From positions 24,318 through 88,317 of the forward strand of contig MCFE01000352.1 in assembly GCA_002104905.1 (NCBI GenBank): a stretch of 64,000 bases of DNA, read 5' to 3'. The notes below the pieces were generated by a model. It saw nothing but the letters and a program-made list of their open reading frames with translations. It did not search any database and was not told where the DNA came from. The stretch comes from Basidiobolus meristosporus CBS 931.73. Taxonomy: Eukaryota; Fungi; Basidiobolomycota. The stretch's first letter is position 1. The number at the start of each line of letters is the position of its first letter. Below, one piece after another: positions 24,870 through 37,571 of this stretch. The position numbers and the translations under genes were made by a program.

Positions 24870-25680
24870 ATGAACCGTCTCGTCGCCAGCTCCAGATTGT
24901 TGAAGCGTATTGCTCCTCTTACTCTCCGTTCCCTCAGGGGTAACCTTTCATAAACAAAGAGTATTGTAATTATTTCCGTAACTTAATATGTGCATATTTA
25001 GTTCAACAGGCCTATGTCAAGCCCTGTGTCTTGCCCTTCACCCAGCAATACTTTGCTCGCCAAGGTAGGCTTGGCTTCTATTGTCAGTACTTTGCGTACA
25101 ATATATTGACCATTTCTCACGAACGGATATAGCTCACTTCGTGGCAACCCCTCCTCTATACAACAATGCCAATGGTGGAGGCTTCAGTGACGCTGAGCAA
25201 CAAGCCCAACAGTATCTTGAAGAGGGTACCGAAGCCTTAAACAATGGTAAACTCGAGGAAGCTATTGTCCAATACACCAAATCAGTAGAGGTCAAGCCCA
25301 CTGCTACCGGTTACTACAATCTCGGCGTTTGCTACTACCAACTCGGACAACCCCAAGAGGCTGTTGACGCCTGGAAGCTTTCATTGAACTTGTCTCCCTC
25401 CCACTCCGACTTGCATCTCAACCTCGCCAGTGTTTACTACATGCACTTGAAAGATTCCGAGAAGGCTCTTGAGCATATTGAGCAGGCATCCAACTTAGCA
25501 CCCTACGATGGAGAGATTTTCTACAATTACGGGGTAATGCTCGATGCTTCGGGTAAACTGGAGCAAGCCATTGAGAAATACAAAATAGCCAAGGAGCTTG
25601 GTATCGAGCGAGCTGAAACCAACCTTAGAAACGCAATGGCTCGAATCTTGAAAGACAAAGTTACCCCCTCACCTCAATAG
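24870..25680 (+). CDS. TPR-repeat protein with a predicted mitochondrial presequence (3 exons)
   Basis: Arg-rich, acid-free N-terminus MNRLVASSRLLKRIAPLTLRSLR; TPR motifs GYYNLGVCYYQLG..EAV..W..SL.L.P, IFYNYGVML..SGKLEQAIEKY. Confidence 0.8.
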
Positions 25681-26164
25681 AATCGGGAAAATCAATGCAT
25701 TATATTCATACATCAACATATAGCTATGATGACTATCAATAAACAATCCGCACCGCCATTTGCACTACAATTACCTTGTCTTGACCCAATGGGGAGTTTT
25801 GGACCAAACAACGCCTCAAGCGCCTTGGACGCACAGCGATTTACAGTTTGGTTGTCGATCAGGGAGGGAATTGGGGATTGTGAGCAAGAGGTGCATAAAT
25901 GACATGTGGCGAGCTCTGGCTTAAATCATCCATTGTACTGAGAAGAATGGTCAGCTTTTCTCCGATATTGTTTGTTTGTTTGTTAACTTTTGTTTATAGG
26001 CAAGCTAGGTGCTAGTTCACCTGGACGAACTAAAACTCATTTGAGACTCCTTCGCAGCCAATATTAGCTTTCAAGCCTGGTCTTAGTATTGGTCGGAAGA
26101 CTTTTGGAAATAGAGAATAGAACTTGAACTTCTTGAAGGAGTTCTGTATTGACCTTACCCTCAA

Positions 26165-27496
26165 ATGCCGGCCCAAATCAATCATTTGTTTTTGAACACC
26201 ATGAATACCACCCTTTCACACGGCGTACCCGAAGAACGCCTGAACTCCCCCACCATATCGATGACAACCAGAAGCCCAACCCTAATCAGCGACAATAGCT
26301 CATCATGCTGTGACTCCGACATTGACTCCATCGAGTTGAGTATCCATTCCCCGGTCACGCCATCCTTCGACATCAAAGATGAGCTGGAATACCCGTTTGA
26401 TACTCACTTGCAGAAGAAAGCCGCCTCAATACCTCAGCCTCACCATACCTCCGATTTCCTATCTGACTCTGAATTCTGGGAGTATCTGATCGACCACTAC
26501 CCATTGATGCTGGCCCACAACCGGGAACGAGTGGCCAAGAAGATTTATCAGGGGATCCCCGAGAATTACCGAGGCAGAGTGTGGCAGGCGATGTCGCAGT
26601 CAAAGACCACCTATCTTGATACGCTATACTCCCAACTGCTGACGGAGAGCTCGCCCTTCGAGGCTGATATACTTCTGGATTTGCCCAGGACTTTCCCCCG
26701 GATGGAGATGTTCAGAAAGAAGGGAGGCGAAGGCCAAGCACGTTTGTTTAATGTACTCAAGGCCTATTCGGTGTATGACCCAGAAATCGGCTACGCCCAG
26801 GGATTTGGCTACATCGTGGCGACCCTTTTACTTCACGTAAGGAGCTAACCAACCCACCCGCTAAACATTCGTTCATTAACCCTAACTTCCATTGGCAACA
26901 GATGTCAGAAAGTGAGGCTTTTTGCGTATTCGTGAGGTGAGTGACCTAATCAATGCCCTTGAACCACGACACACACTTAGCCAATACTCGCAACATATAG
27001 ACTCATGCAGTCCCACAATCTCCGGGAAATGTTTGGCTCTGACCTTCACCGTTTAGAATGTGGTGTGTACCAGTTTCGCTGCCTCTTGGCTGGCCATTTC
27101 CCCAAATTGGTGCATCATCTCGATGCACATAATGTTCGCACCGCAATGTACACGACCTCATGGTTCTTAACCCTCTTCACCAACGTTCTTCCTCAGTCCA
27201 TAGTACTCCGTTTGCTCGATGTGATGCTGCTGGAGGGCTTAACGGTGACGGTGATTCGAATGGGGCTCGCGCTAATGCATCAATGTTTGCCTGACCTGCT
27301 GAACGCAACAGACTACGGAGAGCTGATGAAAATAGTGACAGGAACGATATTTGAGATATCCCCAAGCAAAGAGGAAGAGCTCATCCAGTCCATCTGCTTA
27401 TTTACGGATGTTAATGAGCAGGAACTACGAGCGCTGAGGAACCGCCATAGATTATTAAGGGAGGTTTTTACCAGAAAACGAAACACGTTCGATTGA
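26165..27496 (+). CDS. Rab-GAP TBC-domain protein (EVI5/Gyp5-like, 3 exons)
   Basis: GIPENYRGRVWQAM, ILLDLPRTFP, LFNVLKAYSVYDPEIGYAQG, YTTSWFLTLF...LP...VLRLLD. Confidence 0.9.
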
Positions 27497-27512
27497 TCCA
27501 ACTAGACCATGA

Positions 27513-27951
27513 AAACGCGATCCATTAATCCGATTAGGCTATTATTTTACCTCTTTATTTTCAAATTAATTATGTGATTTCATACTATAGACATTCAATA
27601 TATTAAATCCTATCAATGCATTTCCTGTTGTGTCGGCTTTCCCAGGATCTAAAAGCTTGTGCAATGTTGAGTGCCGATCACATATATACACCTTGATGGT
27701 TGGTTGAAGTCCCCTTGAGCAGAGATGACTCTATCTTTGGGATGTTTGTTCATGACCAAAGGTAAGACCACTGGATCTGCATTTCCTACCTGTGAAGCAT
27801 TATTGCTACTGTTTGCCGATCTGGGTTATTTTCATCTTTAATGCCCCAGTAATCTTGTACGCATGAATTCAGGTTCGAAACTCAAGTATCGCCTACGTCA
27901 ATGGATTTGGTGTGGTCAGGAAGAGAAACGCGCTCGATTAATCCGATTAGG
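27513..27951 (+). repeat. Pair of 26-bp direct repeats (27513-27538, 27926-27951)
   Basis: aaacgcgatccattaatccgattagg vs aaacgcgctcgattaatccgattagg (24/26 identical). Confidence 0.8.
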
Positions 27952-28140
27952 GAATTATATCCTGTGTCACTTTGCTCCAAGTCCGATCTATAGGCTATAT
28001 CAGCATTTATTATATGGAGATTGAATTGAAAAATTACATTCGGCTGTAAGAGGTGTAATCTAATGGTTCGTTTCTGGTTGCTCTAGTCAAGCGGCGCTCT
28101 TGCGCGAGCGAATGAAGCGTGTGATTAAGAGCGCGAAATC

Positions 28141-28622
28141 TTAGCATAGCGCGTCGAAGCAGCAGCAGAGACAGGTACCAAGAGCACTAGATATCGACCA
28201 ACATTAGCATGTTGTTATCTTGCATGAAGTATAGGCGATCTACTTACCATCCCAAGCATAAACCATCATCCTTATCTTGTGGCTGTTGTTGGACAATAAT
28301 GGTTTGCGGTTGCTGCTGTTGTTGTGGTTGTTGTTGTTGTGGGGGATAGTAACCTGGAAACGGAAGGTTTAGTTACAGTTGAGAGCAACGAAGATCATGC
28401 TACTTAATCACCTTGTGGTGGAGGATTGTAAGCGCCAGCAGAGCCTTGGTAGTTGGCAGCCTGTCCGCCATCACCATAATAACCTTGAGCAGGTGGTTGA
28501 GGATAAGGGCTGTACTGAGGCTGTTGTTGTTGACCATATTGGGGCTGTTGGCCATATTGTGGTTGACCATAGGGAGCACCACCTTGAGCAGGGTAGCCTT
28601 TATCTTGAGGATATTCACTCAT
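28141..28622 (-). CDS. CYSTM-type tail-anchored protein (Pro/Gln/Tyr-rich, Cys-rich TM; 3 exons)
   Basis: MSEYPQDKGYP...QQQPQTIIVQQQPQDKDDGLCLGCALGTCLCCCFDALC* from in-phase GT-AG splicing. Confidence 0.85.
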
Positions 28623-29151
28623 CACTGGAGGTTATTGACAATAGACTAGGAGTAAGAGTAAGAGCTGTCAAAGGGATGACGGGAACGACTTGATTTAAAA
28701 ACTAAACCGAGATCGGGTAGTGTAAGACTATTGGCTGTTGGAAAAGCGACTGAGAAATTTTATGGATCAGGATGACTTTACGGCCTTATATACTGTGGAT
28801 TCCGGGTTCGGGCTCAACACGAAATTCCTCGATGAAATATCTAGAAAATCCATCATACAATTTCTACATTCTACACAGAAGTATCGCCAAAGGATGGAAT
28901 GCCAAGCCAAAATGAGCGATCGATAAATCCGATTCCGGCTAATCTTATTAAGCATGATTCTTAACATTCAACGCACTTGTCGAGGGCGAAGTGGTTTTGG
29001 AATGATGTTGATTTTTTATTTATGCACGAAACAAGACAACAATTCCAGGTCACGTGGGGATGAGATCTTTGTGGCTCACGGGCGGAATGCTCATTTGAAT
29101 GCAAACAAGCAACCAGTTCAAGGAGCAGCCGAATCTTCAGTCTATTGTGAA

Positions 29152-32100
29152 ATGAACTTCGGCAACCCGCCATACTTTCCTGAGCAAAGTATGCCACAAA
29201 AGACAGTTGAGAGCTCTAGTTTCTATCCTGATTTGGCAAGTTTTCTGTCTGAACTTGAGGTGCCTACTCCTGCTGCTGTCAATGCTCTTCACAGCCTACA
29301 GAAGGAGCCCAGTGGTTGGCAGTTAGCTTCTGCCCTCTTGGAAACGAACGTAGGTCCTTCCATATATCGCCAAGCCTGTTGAAGGCACCGCTAACCGCTT
29401 GGCTTTACAGTCTTCACAAAACCAATTCTTTGGGGCACACACATACCAAATTAAGATATCGAGAGATTGGTAAGTAGATTCAAAGAATCAAAACATGGAT
29501 TCACTTATCTGATGTCTTTGGGATGTAGGGATACATTACCGGAGGATCAGGTTCACCGGCTACGCGAAGAACTTCTAAAATGGATAGTGGAATTCAGCAA
29601 CGGACCCAACCTAGTATTGACAAAACTCTGCCAAGCGGTGGGTAGTTCTCCTACCCAAGCCAGAAACCCACTTTCTCTAATCTTTGTATTTTCCCTGACC
29701 TCCAGTTGACCACGTATGCTTTACGAACCGTCCCCGATCAATGGACCAATTTCATCCCGGCCACTTTGCAGGCTTTAGAATCGGAATCGAAAAACCCTCA
29801 CGGCAGACCTGTGAATAATGAGAACGCTTTCCTGGAGATTTTGACGCTTATTCCAGAGGAGCTCAACCGAGCCGATTTAGTCGGCTCCAAAAAGTAGGGC
29901 CAGAATTTTCACTCCCTCCCTCACTCGCCCATCATAGGTATTCATGCTTTTTGCAGGAGCCAATTCAACCAAGAACTCCTAAACTCGATCCCCTTGGTGC
30001 TTAATACAGTCGGGGCATTTTTATCTGACGACACTCGGACAGACCCCGCCTACGACTTTTTACGCCAAAAGTCTCTCCGATGCTTGCAAAGCTGGATTCA
30101 GTACGGAATCCCTCCAGAGTAGGTGTTGCCAGTTACTTGCTTGCATGGATGAAAAAATTCATGAATGTCTAGCTCTCTAGCCCCCATATTCAACCGAGCA
30201 TTAGATCTTCTAAGGAGGGAATCCACCTTCGAAGCATCTATCGAGGTACTTATCGAGCTATTGACCCGCCAAGGAAGCTCGCAGTATGGCAACACTCTGA
30301 GTGAAAGCTTCTTCCGGTGTATTGCCAGCCCGTGGATGAAAAGCACAACCGAGGCATCTATTAGTGGTAAGTAACGGATCTCCCAGCAATCCTTACCTGA
30401 CTTGGCTTATTGAAAAAAGTTATCTAGAGAGTAATGACGACGTTGCAGCATATCTAGCCCGGCTTCTTACCACCTACGGGGAGGAGTTTACCGAGTACAT
30501 AGTTCAACACCTTTCAAACCCTGACGTGGGAGTTTATCTCGAGATGATGATCGGATTTATAGGCTTTCCAGGATATTTTGCAGCCGACCAGGAGATATCC
30601 TTTCAACAATGTTGAGGAGACGCCATTCGTTTCCACCATTTTTGTGCCTTGACTCCTTGATACATTAGTGAAATCCCGTTGAATTTTTGGTACTTGCTGC
30701 AAGAGAGCATTCTCGATTTGACGATAGAATGCGAAGATCAAGCCATCATTCAGAGGACCAAGACCATCGCTTCAATGGTCTTTTCAAAGCTGGTTCAAGT
30801 CTTGAGGCAAAAGATTGAGTATCCCAGTGAAGAGGAATGGTCATCGTGGAGCAAAGGTGCCTTACCCAATATAGATTCATGCAGTGCTATGTCTAAACCA
30901 TATCAGATGTTAGAGAGCGGTTTAAAATCTATCGGCGCGACGTCGGCGACACTTTGATTAATTCGTACCTCGTATTGCACGGCGAGATGCTGGAGTATCT
31001 ACTGGATCTAGCCGCCACTCAGTTAAGCAGCGATCGTGCCGTGTCTCACTGGCAGGTAAGCCATCCCCTTGCATGGATTGTTGATTTCGATCGGCCTAAC
31101 ACCTGGCAATTAGGACTTGGAGTCAACCTTGTTCTGTTTACGTTCTATATCAGAGGCGGTATCCAGTGAAGATCCACATATCGCCAGATTGTTTGGTGAT
31201 GAGATCCTTGGGCGGCTCCCCGTTCAGGGCCACAACAAGATCCGGTTGACGACACTTCAGATTCTAGGTATCAGTCGTGCGTTGCTAGCCTCCTTGCTGC
31301 ACCTTTTTAAAACACCATAACAGGTTCTTATGCTGACTGGCTCAAGAGACATCCACAGCATTTATTACCCTCCTTGAACTTCATCATCCCTACTCTTTCT
31401 GATCCCGAACTAGCCTTCATTGCCGCCAGCTCATTCAAGGATATCTGTGATACTTGCCGAGCTGAACTGGTGGATGGGGTCGAGTCTTTGGTTACCATGT
31501 ACACGCACATCAGCAGCTCCATTGAGGTATGTCATCATGATTCACGAGGGATCCGGCCTTGGTCCGGTAACTGATGACTTGGGTACCAGGAAAGAGAGAA
31601 GCAAAAGGTTCTGGAATCCATCTCCGCAGTGATTCAAGCTTTACCACCTCGAAAAACTCTCGAGCCACTTTCGGTGAGTGATTGCTGGGCTTCTGCATGG
31701 TGAAAGCGATTCTCATGGAAATATGCGATGTATTGATTAGGTGCTTATCGGGGATATTCTTCAAACCATAACCAAAGCATTCGACGTAGGAAAACAGGCA
31801 GGTCTTTTGGATCCCCCATTCTCGCGTACACCATCTAACCCTTTACCACAGACGGGGAATTTCCTCGAATGTCGACCAGTCGTCCTGAGCCACATTCTTT
31901 ATCTTGTTGCCTGCTGTCGTGGTATCCAGCCACCTGATGACGAACCTACAAACGCCGCAGAACCAGACGAGACCAACGCTGTGCTGAATCTACCCGAAGC
32001 CCAACGGGTCTCGGTTGCCATATGGGGATTGGTTGAGGAGATCTCTAAAGCCTACTGCCAAGACGAAGAGATCATGGAGGTATGCCGGTTTCTCTTCCGC

Positions 32101-33298
32101 CCGCGCCTTATGTCCAAACGAATGACATCTCGATCAATCTAGGCCATATGCTCGCTGTTGAATACAAGCATCATGTCGTCTTCACATGTCTTCACCATGG
32201 GTTTCTCCAATATGGCCAGCTTTTTGCACCAGACTTACCAGAGATACCAACACCCTTACATCCTAGACACCGTTTGCCAGTTGGTTACCGTATATGGCAG
32301 TGAAGAGCAGAACGTCATGATCCTGAGCGAGCTATTGGCTACCCTGACTGGCATTACCTTGGGAAATATTCGAAATCTTCAGGGTACGCTTAAGCAGTTA
32401 TCAACAATTGAGATCGCACAACGATTCTAATCATCGCACACAGGCATGGAGGAGAATCCGCATTTGACCAGCTCCTACTTCGGAATGCTCTCCCGAGTAA
32501 GTCGTCTATATCGGGCATTCTTGGATAACCAGAGTAATTGACCGCATCCACCAGTATGTCCGCAAATGCCCAGTAGCCTTGTTCACCACGCCACCGGACG
32601 TATTCAACAACATCATCCTATTCGCAGTATCAGGGCTTGGGCTGCAAGAACGTTTGGCCCTTCGATCGGGAATCGGCTTTATGGTAAAACCATAGGAATT
32701 GGTTGAGGATCGAGCACCCACGACTAAACCCCCAATTAGGTTGATTTGATTGGCTTGAACACCGGGAACCAGGCCATATTGGATAGCATCGACCACGTGG
32801 TTAATACATTCGGCCAGCAAATCATGCAAGAACTCTTGATGGTAAGAAACAGCCTTTCGTATCTGACGGCCTATCGACTAACAGCAACCTCCATGTGTAG
32901 GGAATTGGAGGAAGATTGCCTCGCTCCTTTGTCACCTTGCTTACGGATCTTCTGTACAAGCTCACGGGAAAATATATCCAGAACTGTCGCCAATGGTTGG
33001 CCATTCTGTTGGCCCAGGTAAGCGGGCTTTTCCTCGAGGTTGCGGCGCCATCCTCCCATCGACTAACCCCTTCCTGTAGGAGAATTTCCCCTCCTCGCAC
33101 ATCGACAAACCCTCCAAAGAGGCGTTCGCCAAGAGCATCATGACGTGAGAGAACCATGGGATTACTATTTGACGGGACATTTCGACTGACATCTCCTCTC
33201 TGTATAGGACACGCGGAGTGAAACGCTTCAAGGAAATCGTGACGGAATTCTCCTTGCGTTGCCGAAGAATGGAGAATAGCGCGTACGGATCCACCTAG
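29152..33298 (+). CDS. IPO13: Importin-13 / transportin-SR-family karyopherin (about 18 introns, one U12-type)
   Basis: LQKEPSGWQLASALL, FWGAHT...KI, VLTKLCQA, FLEILTLIPEE, LRCLQSWIQYG, LNFWYLLQE, ESTLFCLRSISE, KRFKEIVTEFSLRCR. Start codon uncertain. Confidence 0.85.
30595..30663 (+). other. U12-type (minor spliceosome) AT-AC intron, 69 nt
   Basis: Donor ATATCCTTT, branch TGCCTTGAC ~11 nt from the end, terminal AC. Removal gives ...GYFAADQE|ISEIPLNFWY in frame; retention hits TGA at 30613. Confidence 0.88.
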
Positions 33299-33635
33299 AG
33301 ATAAAACACCCGGATATCTCGACCCAACCCTACCCCACCCCCAGTTCAGAAAGCAGCAGCAATAAAGGCCCAACATTCACATTCGGTGGCTTAGTTGTCT
33401 AGTGTGAAGTTCAAGAACATCACCGGTTTATTTCGTATTTTATCCCAACACAACAATCGTTGGTAAAGAAAGAGAAAGGATCAGGTATAAATCGGACTTT
33501 TAAGGGTCGAACGAGATCATCAATATTCTGGGTAAGCTAGATGGTTGGAAATTTCTATTCGCGATATCCACTCGAGTGTATGTAGCGTTGCTTTGGGTGA
33601 CGAAAAAAATCCTATACCTTTCGGTTACGGCGCGC

Positions 33636-34075
33636 TCACCCAAACCTCGATGTTAGAATCGGATAGATCGGGTTGCAGTCTGGGCTGGTTGGGGATCGGT
33701 AGAAGGCTTGGTCCGACGAACTCGTCCCTTTGTAGAGTGGGAAGGGGTGTAGGACAGGCGGGACCTGGGGAGAAGTCTTGCTTGCCCGGATAGGGCTCAA
33801 AACCGGGGTCATTGGTGGGGAGGGGTATGTAGTTACGTTCACTAAGATGGGTTTTGATGCGATCTTGGCGATCTTTCTCGTATCATGGGTTAACTGAGGA
33901 ACGTTGCGGGAGACAGCAACACTCTTGGCATCTTCTAGTCGACACATCTCGCTGCAATACAATGAATCCTATATCACGAAAGGCGTGAGTCGGCCGGTGT
34001 CCCAGCAAAATGACCACGGTGACTTACATCAAGATCAACATGTTTATCGCAAATGATACACCAGTTCATGTCCAT
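33636..34075 (-). CDS. Ecl1-family (extender of chronological lifespan) zinc-binding small protein (intron 33969-34027)
   Basis: MDMNWCIICDKHVDLD|DSLYCSEMCRLED fits the WC..CD...YCS..CR..D pattern, followed by an S/P-rich tail. Confidence 0.8.
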
Positions 34076-34361
34076 GGTTCGAATGTTGGGAGGGGGATAA
34101 AGAGAGATCTTAATAACAACCATGGATGATCTTAGCCACCCACGTTTTATATTGACCGGCTGGTGAGCATATACTCCGCATATACATATGTGACGTTCCG
34201 AGAAGTTTATTAATTCGGGGAGTCCGTTACATGAATCAGAAAATGCGCGGTAGGTGAGTCTATGGTTTTTAGTTTAGCGGTGTTGACTGGTTTCAGCTGG
34301 AAATAACACGGAGATATTCCTGAAACCCGGTGAAAATCCGCGCTAAGGTGGGTGCGGGAGG

Positions 34362-35060
34362 TTAGAGTAGTTGATTAACCAACAGTGCCTTCACCACATT
34401 GTAGGCCCAGGTGGCACCGTAGTCTGATTGGTCGGAGAGGGTAACTGAGTCGTAGGTGTCGGAGGGGGAATCTGGATTGTAGTTGTTGGCAGGAAACATG
34501 TGGCTGGTGTATGTTGGTATGGGTGCAGTGGTTTTATCAGCAGTAAGCTGTGTTTCGCGGGGGATACGAGCAACAATTGTGGCAGTTGGTGCAGTGACAT
34601 TGTGGATAATGATGGTGCGCATGTTGTCCAATGTGATTCGGCCTTGGCTGTTGATTTGGTCGTATTCAGACTTCATAACCAACAGGAATTGGTCGCTCAG
34701 GGTTACCCGAGATTTCATCTCCATGGGGATTGTCCAGTTTTTAATGTGGGTGGACACATTTGGGCTAGAGTCGTTGAGTAACTGTGGTCCAAAAATGTCG
34801 ACCAGTGGGGGGTTCTGCAAGTCGTCGTAGAGTTGGATGGTCACGTTAGGTGACCCAATTAATTGGGCATCTCTGGTAAAATATACGCTAATATCGACCG
34901 TCTCGCCGGCTTGGTAGGATGGGCGCAGTGACGCATAATCGAACTCAACGCCAGCTAAGATGGAATGTTAGAGGCACCACAATTACGCTCAATTTGTGAT
35001 GGACTGCTTACCGAACACGCTACAGACAAAGAGCAAAACGAGATAGGCTACGCTTGGCAT
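34362..35060 (-). CDS. Secreted hypothetical protein with a Thr/Pro-rich tail (1 intron)
   Basis: Signal MPSVAYLVLLFVCSVF|AG, beta-rich domain (YQAGETVDISVYF..TIQLY..IKNWTIP), T/P/S-rich C-terminal region. Confidence 0.65.
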
Positions 35061-35569
35061 TATTTCATGAAACAACCGAAGAAAATGAAAGAATCCCCTC
35101 GCCCGCCTTATATGCGGCAGGGGAAGCCATATTTGTAAAAGTCCAGACCCCGGCCAGCCACTTTTACCGAGGTCGAAAAGAATCGAGAGTGATCAAATGT
35201 AGTAAGATTCTGTCGAAAGGAAGCATTCACCGTGGCCAGCATCTAGGAAGACGGGTCATACCATTTCAACCCTTATACTTGGGTGAGCGTACAAATAAAT
35301 AGATTAGGAAGCGCTGTAACAATTCATGATTACTACCCAGCAGCATGTCAACCATTACCATCGGCCTTACTAATCATATGATAATAATAGGTTTGCTATC
35401 CAGATTTGGTGACTTATCAAATGGTCGAAAGAGGCAATCATTTCTTGGGATCGCTCACAGTAACCAATAACCTCAATATACATGTCGTGATGCAGTGCTA
35501 ATCACGATATGCACTCTTCGTATTAAAACCTTCCATCCTTCTGTGGTAAGAATACGCTAATAACACATC

Positions 35570-36110
35570 ATGGCCAAGACGGTAATCATCGTTATGGGTG
35601 TTTCCGGTTGCGGTAAAAGCACCGTCGGCGAAAACCTCTCGAAAAACCTGGGTTACGAGTTTCTGGATGGAGACCACTACCATCCAAAAACCAACCTGAA
35701 AAAGATGGCCGATGGGATCCCCTTGGTGGACGATGACCGTTGGCCTTGGCTTACCACCTTGAGGGAGGTTTATGTTCACAAAATGCAAGCAGCCGACCGG
35801 CCCAAGGGCTTGGTGGTAGCCTGTTCTGCCCTGAAGCGAAAATATCGCGAGCTTCTCTCGGACTGTCCCCTCCGATATCAGGGTTGTATATGTCTTCCTC
35901 TCTGGAGACGAGAAGGTTTTGTCAGAGAGAATGAAGCATCGAAAGAACCATTTCATGAAAGAGGATATGCTCAAAAGCCAGCTCGCCGATTTAGAGGAGC
36001 CTCAACCCGAACAGGAGGACGTCGTGAAAGTGGATATCGACAATCCTTTGGAGCTAATGCTTCAGGAGCTCCAAAGCAAGCTTGGACAATGGAAATTGAT
36101 GTGCAAATAG
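35570..36110 (+). CDS. Gluconokinase (GntK/IdnK family) with an apparent +1 frameshift at CCCC 35867-35870
   Basis: IVMGVSGCGKST P-loop, LDGDHYHP..N..KM..GIPL.DDDRWPWL, VVACSALKRKYR. The C-terminal half (VYVFLSG...RM..RK.HFMKEDMLKSQLADLEEP) is in another frame with no intron signals. Confidence 0.85.
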
Positions 36111-36139
36111 GCTTAGAATTGATGTGCGAATAGGCTTAG
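36094..36139 (+). repeat. 2 x 23-bp tandem duplication covering the gluconokinase stop codon
   Basis: aattgatgtgcaaataggcttag / aattgatgtgcgaataggcttag. Confidence 0.9.
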
Positions 36140-36614
36140 AAACCCACATAATTTTAACCACATTATTTGCCGTTCTACAATGAGAGCCATCTGCAATCGC
36201 ACATGCACAGCCCCTAAGAATTTATGGCTCGTCACGCCCAGGAGAATAAAGTTTGCATTGAATATAGTATATAAAAGAAATTGGTTCTTGATTATTTATC
36301 AACCATCAACCACAGATTGCCAATAAAATCGGACCAATGAAAGAGAAAAAAAGCGAAAAGGTGGGGAGAAAAACCTGACCATGGTATCTATCACCGTCCT
36401 TCTACCAATTGCAGCCACGAAATGGTGTCATTAGGGTTGAATTAAATCTCAATTTAGCAAGACTTCTATTGCAACTAACTACTTCTCCCCAATAGATATT
36501 GAATGCCCCAATGGATTTCTGTCCGCCTTACTGAATAAATATGAAGGCCCCTCCGACGAAGAAGATTGCCTGCATCTTTGCCTATCGCCTTTCCTTCTTA
36601 ATATTCTAAACAAA

Positions 36615-37571
36615 ATGTCTGCTACTGCTAAGTTTGTTGCTGCTTCTGCTAACGAAGCTGCTGATAAGCCCACTGGCGCTAACTTGTACGCTCGTTTCGC
36701 CTTCGCTGGTGCTGTCTGCTGTGGTGTTACCCACGGTGCTCTTACTCCAGTTGATGTCGTCAAGACTAGAATCCAACTTGAGCCCACCGTCTACAACAAG
36801 GGTATGGTCAGTGGCTTCCGTCAAATTATTAAGAACGAAGGTGCTGGTGCTCTTTTGACCGGTTTCGGTCCTACCTTCTCTGGATACTTCCTCCAAGGTG
36901 CTTTGAAGTTCGGAGGTTATGAATTCTGGAAGAAGACCTTCATTGATGTCCTTGGTCTCGAGACTGCCTCCAACAACCGCACCGCCATCTACCTTGCCTC
37001 CTCTGCTATCGCCGAGTTCTTCGCCGATATCGCCCTCTGCCCCTTGGAAGCTACTCGTATTCGTCTCGTCTCCCAACCTTCCTTCGCCAGTGGCCTTATC
37101 TCTGGCTTCTCCAGATTGTTGAAGGAGGAGGGTGTTGCCCGTGGTTTCTACTCCGGCTTCGGACCCATTTGCTTCAAGCAAATCCCTTACACCATGGCTA
37201 AGTTCGTTGTTTACGAGCGTGCCGCTGAGGCCATCTACAAGAACCTTGCCACTCCTAAGGACCAATTGAGCTCTGGCTCCCACACCGCCGTCAACCTTAC
37301 CTCTGGTTTGATCGCCGGTATCTGCGCTGCCATCGTCTCCCAACCCGCCGATACCCTCCTCTCCAAGATCAACAAGCAAAAGGGTGCTGAAGGATCTGTC
37401 ACCAGCCGCTTGATCGGTCTCTCCAAGGAGCTCGGTGTTAAGGGACTCTTCATTGGTCTTGGTCCTCGTATTGTCATGGTCGGTGCCTTGACCTCCCTCC
37501 AATTCGCCATCTACGGTGATATCAAGAGAGCCCTCGGAGCCACCGGTGGTGTCGAAATCACCAAGAACTAA
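36615..37571 (+). CDS. MIR1: Mitochondrial phosphate carrier (SLC25A3 family)
   Basis: [68 protein letters not shown]; intronless with strong codon bias. Confidence 0.95.
   Translation: MSATAKFVAASANEAADKPTGANLYARFAFAGAVCCGVTHGALTPVDVVKTRIQLEPTVYNKGMVSGFRQIIKNEGAGALLTGFGPTFSGYFLQGALKFGGYEFWKKTFIDVLGLETASNNRTAIYLASSAIAEFFADIALCPLEATRIRLVSQPSFASGLISGFSRLLKEEGVARGFYSGFGPICFKQIPYTMAKFVVYERAAEAIYKNLATPKDQLSSGSHTAVNLTSGLIAGICAAIVSQPADTLLSKINKQKGAEGSVTSRLIGLSKELGVKGLFIGLGPRIVMVGALTSLQFAIYGDIKRALGATGGVEITKN

Noticed and set aside
27865-27890. GGTTCGAAAC as a tRNA T-loop
   Set aside because: No T-stem pairing and no cloverleaf or A-box could be built; not called as tRNA.
36606-37502. 298-aa antisense ORF over MIR1
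   Set aside because: Shadow ORF expected from strong codon bias of a highly expressed gene; no recognisable motifs.
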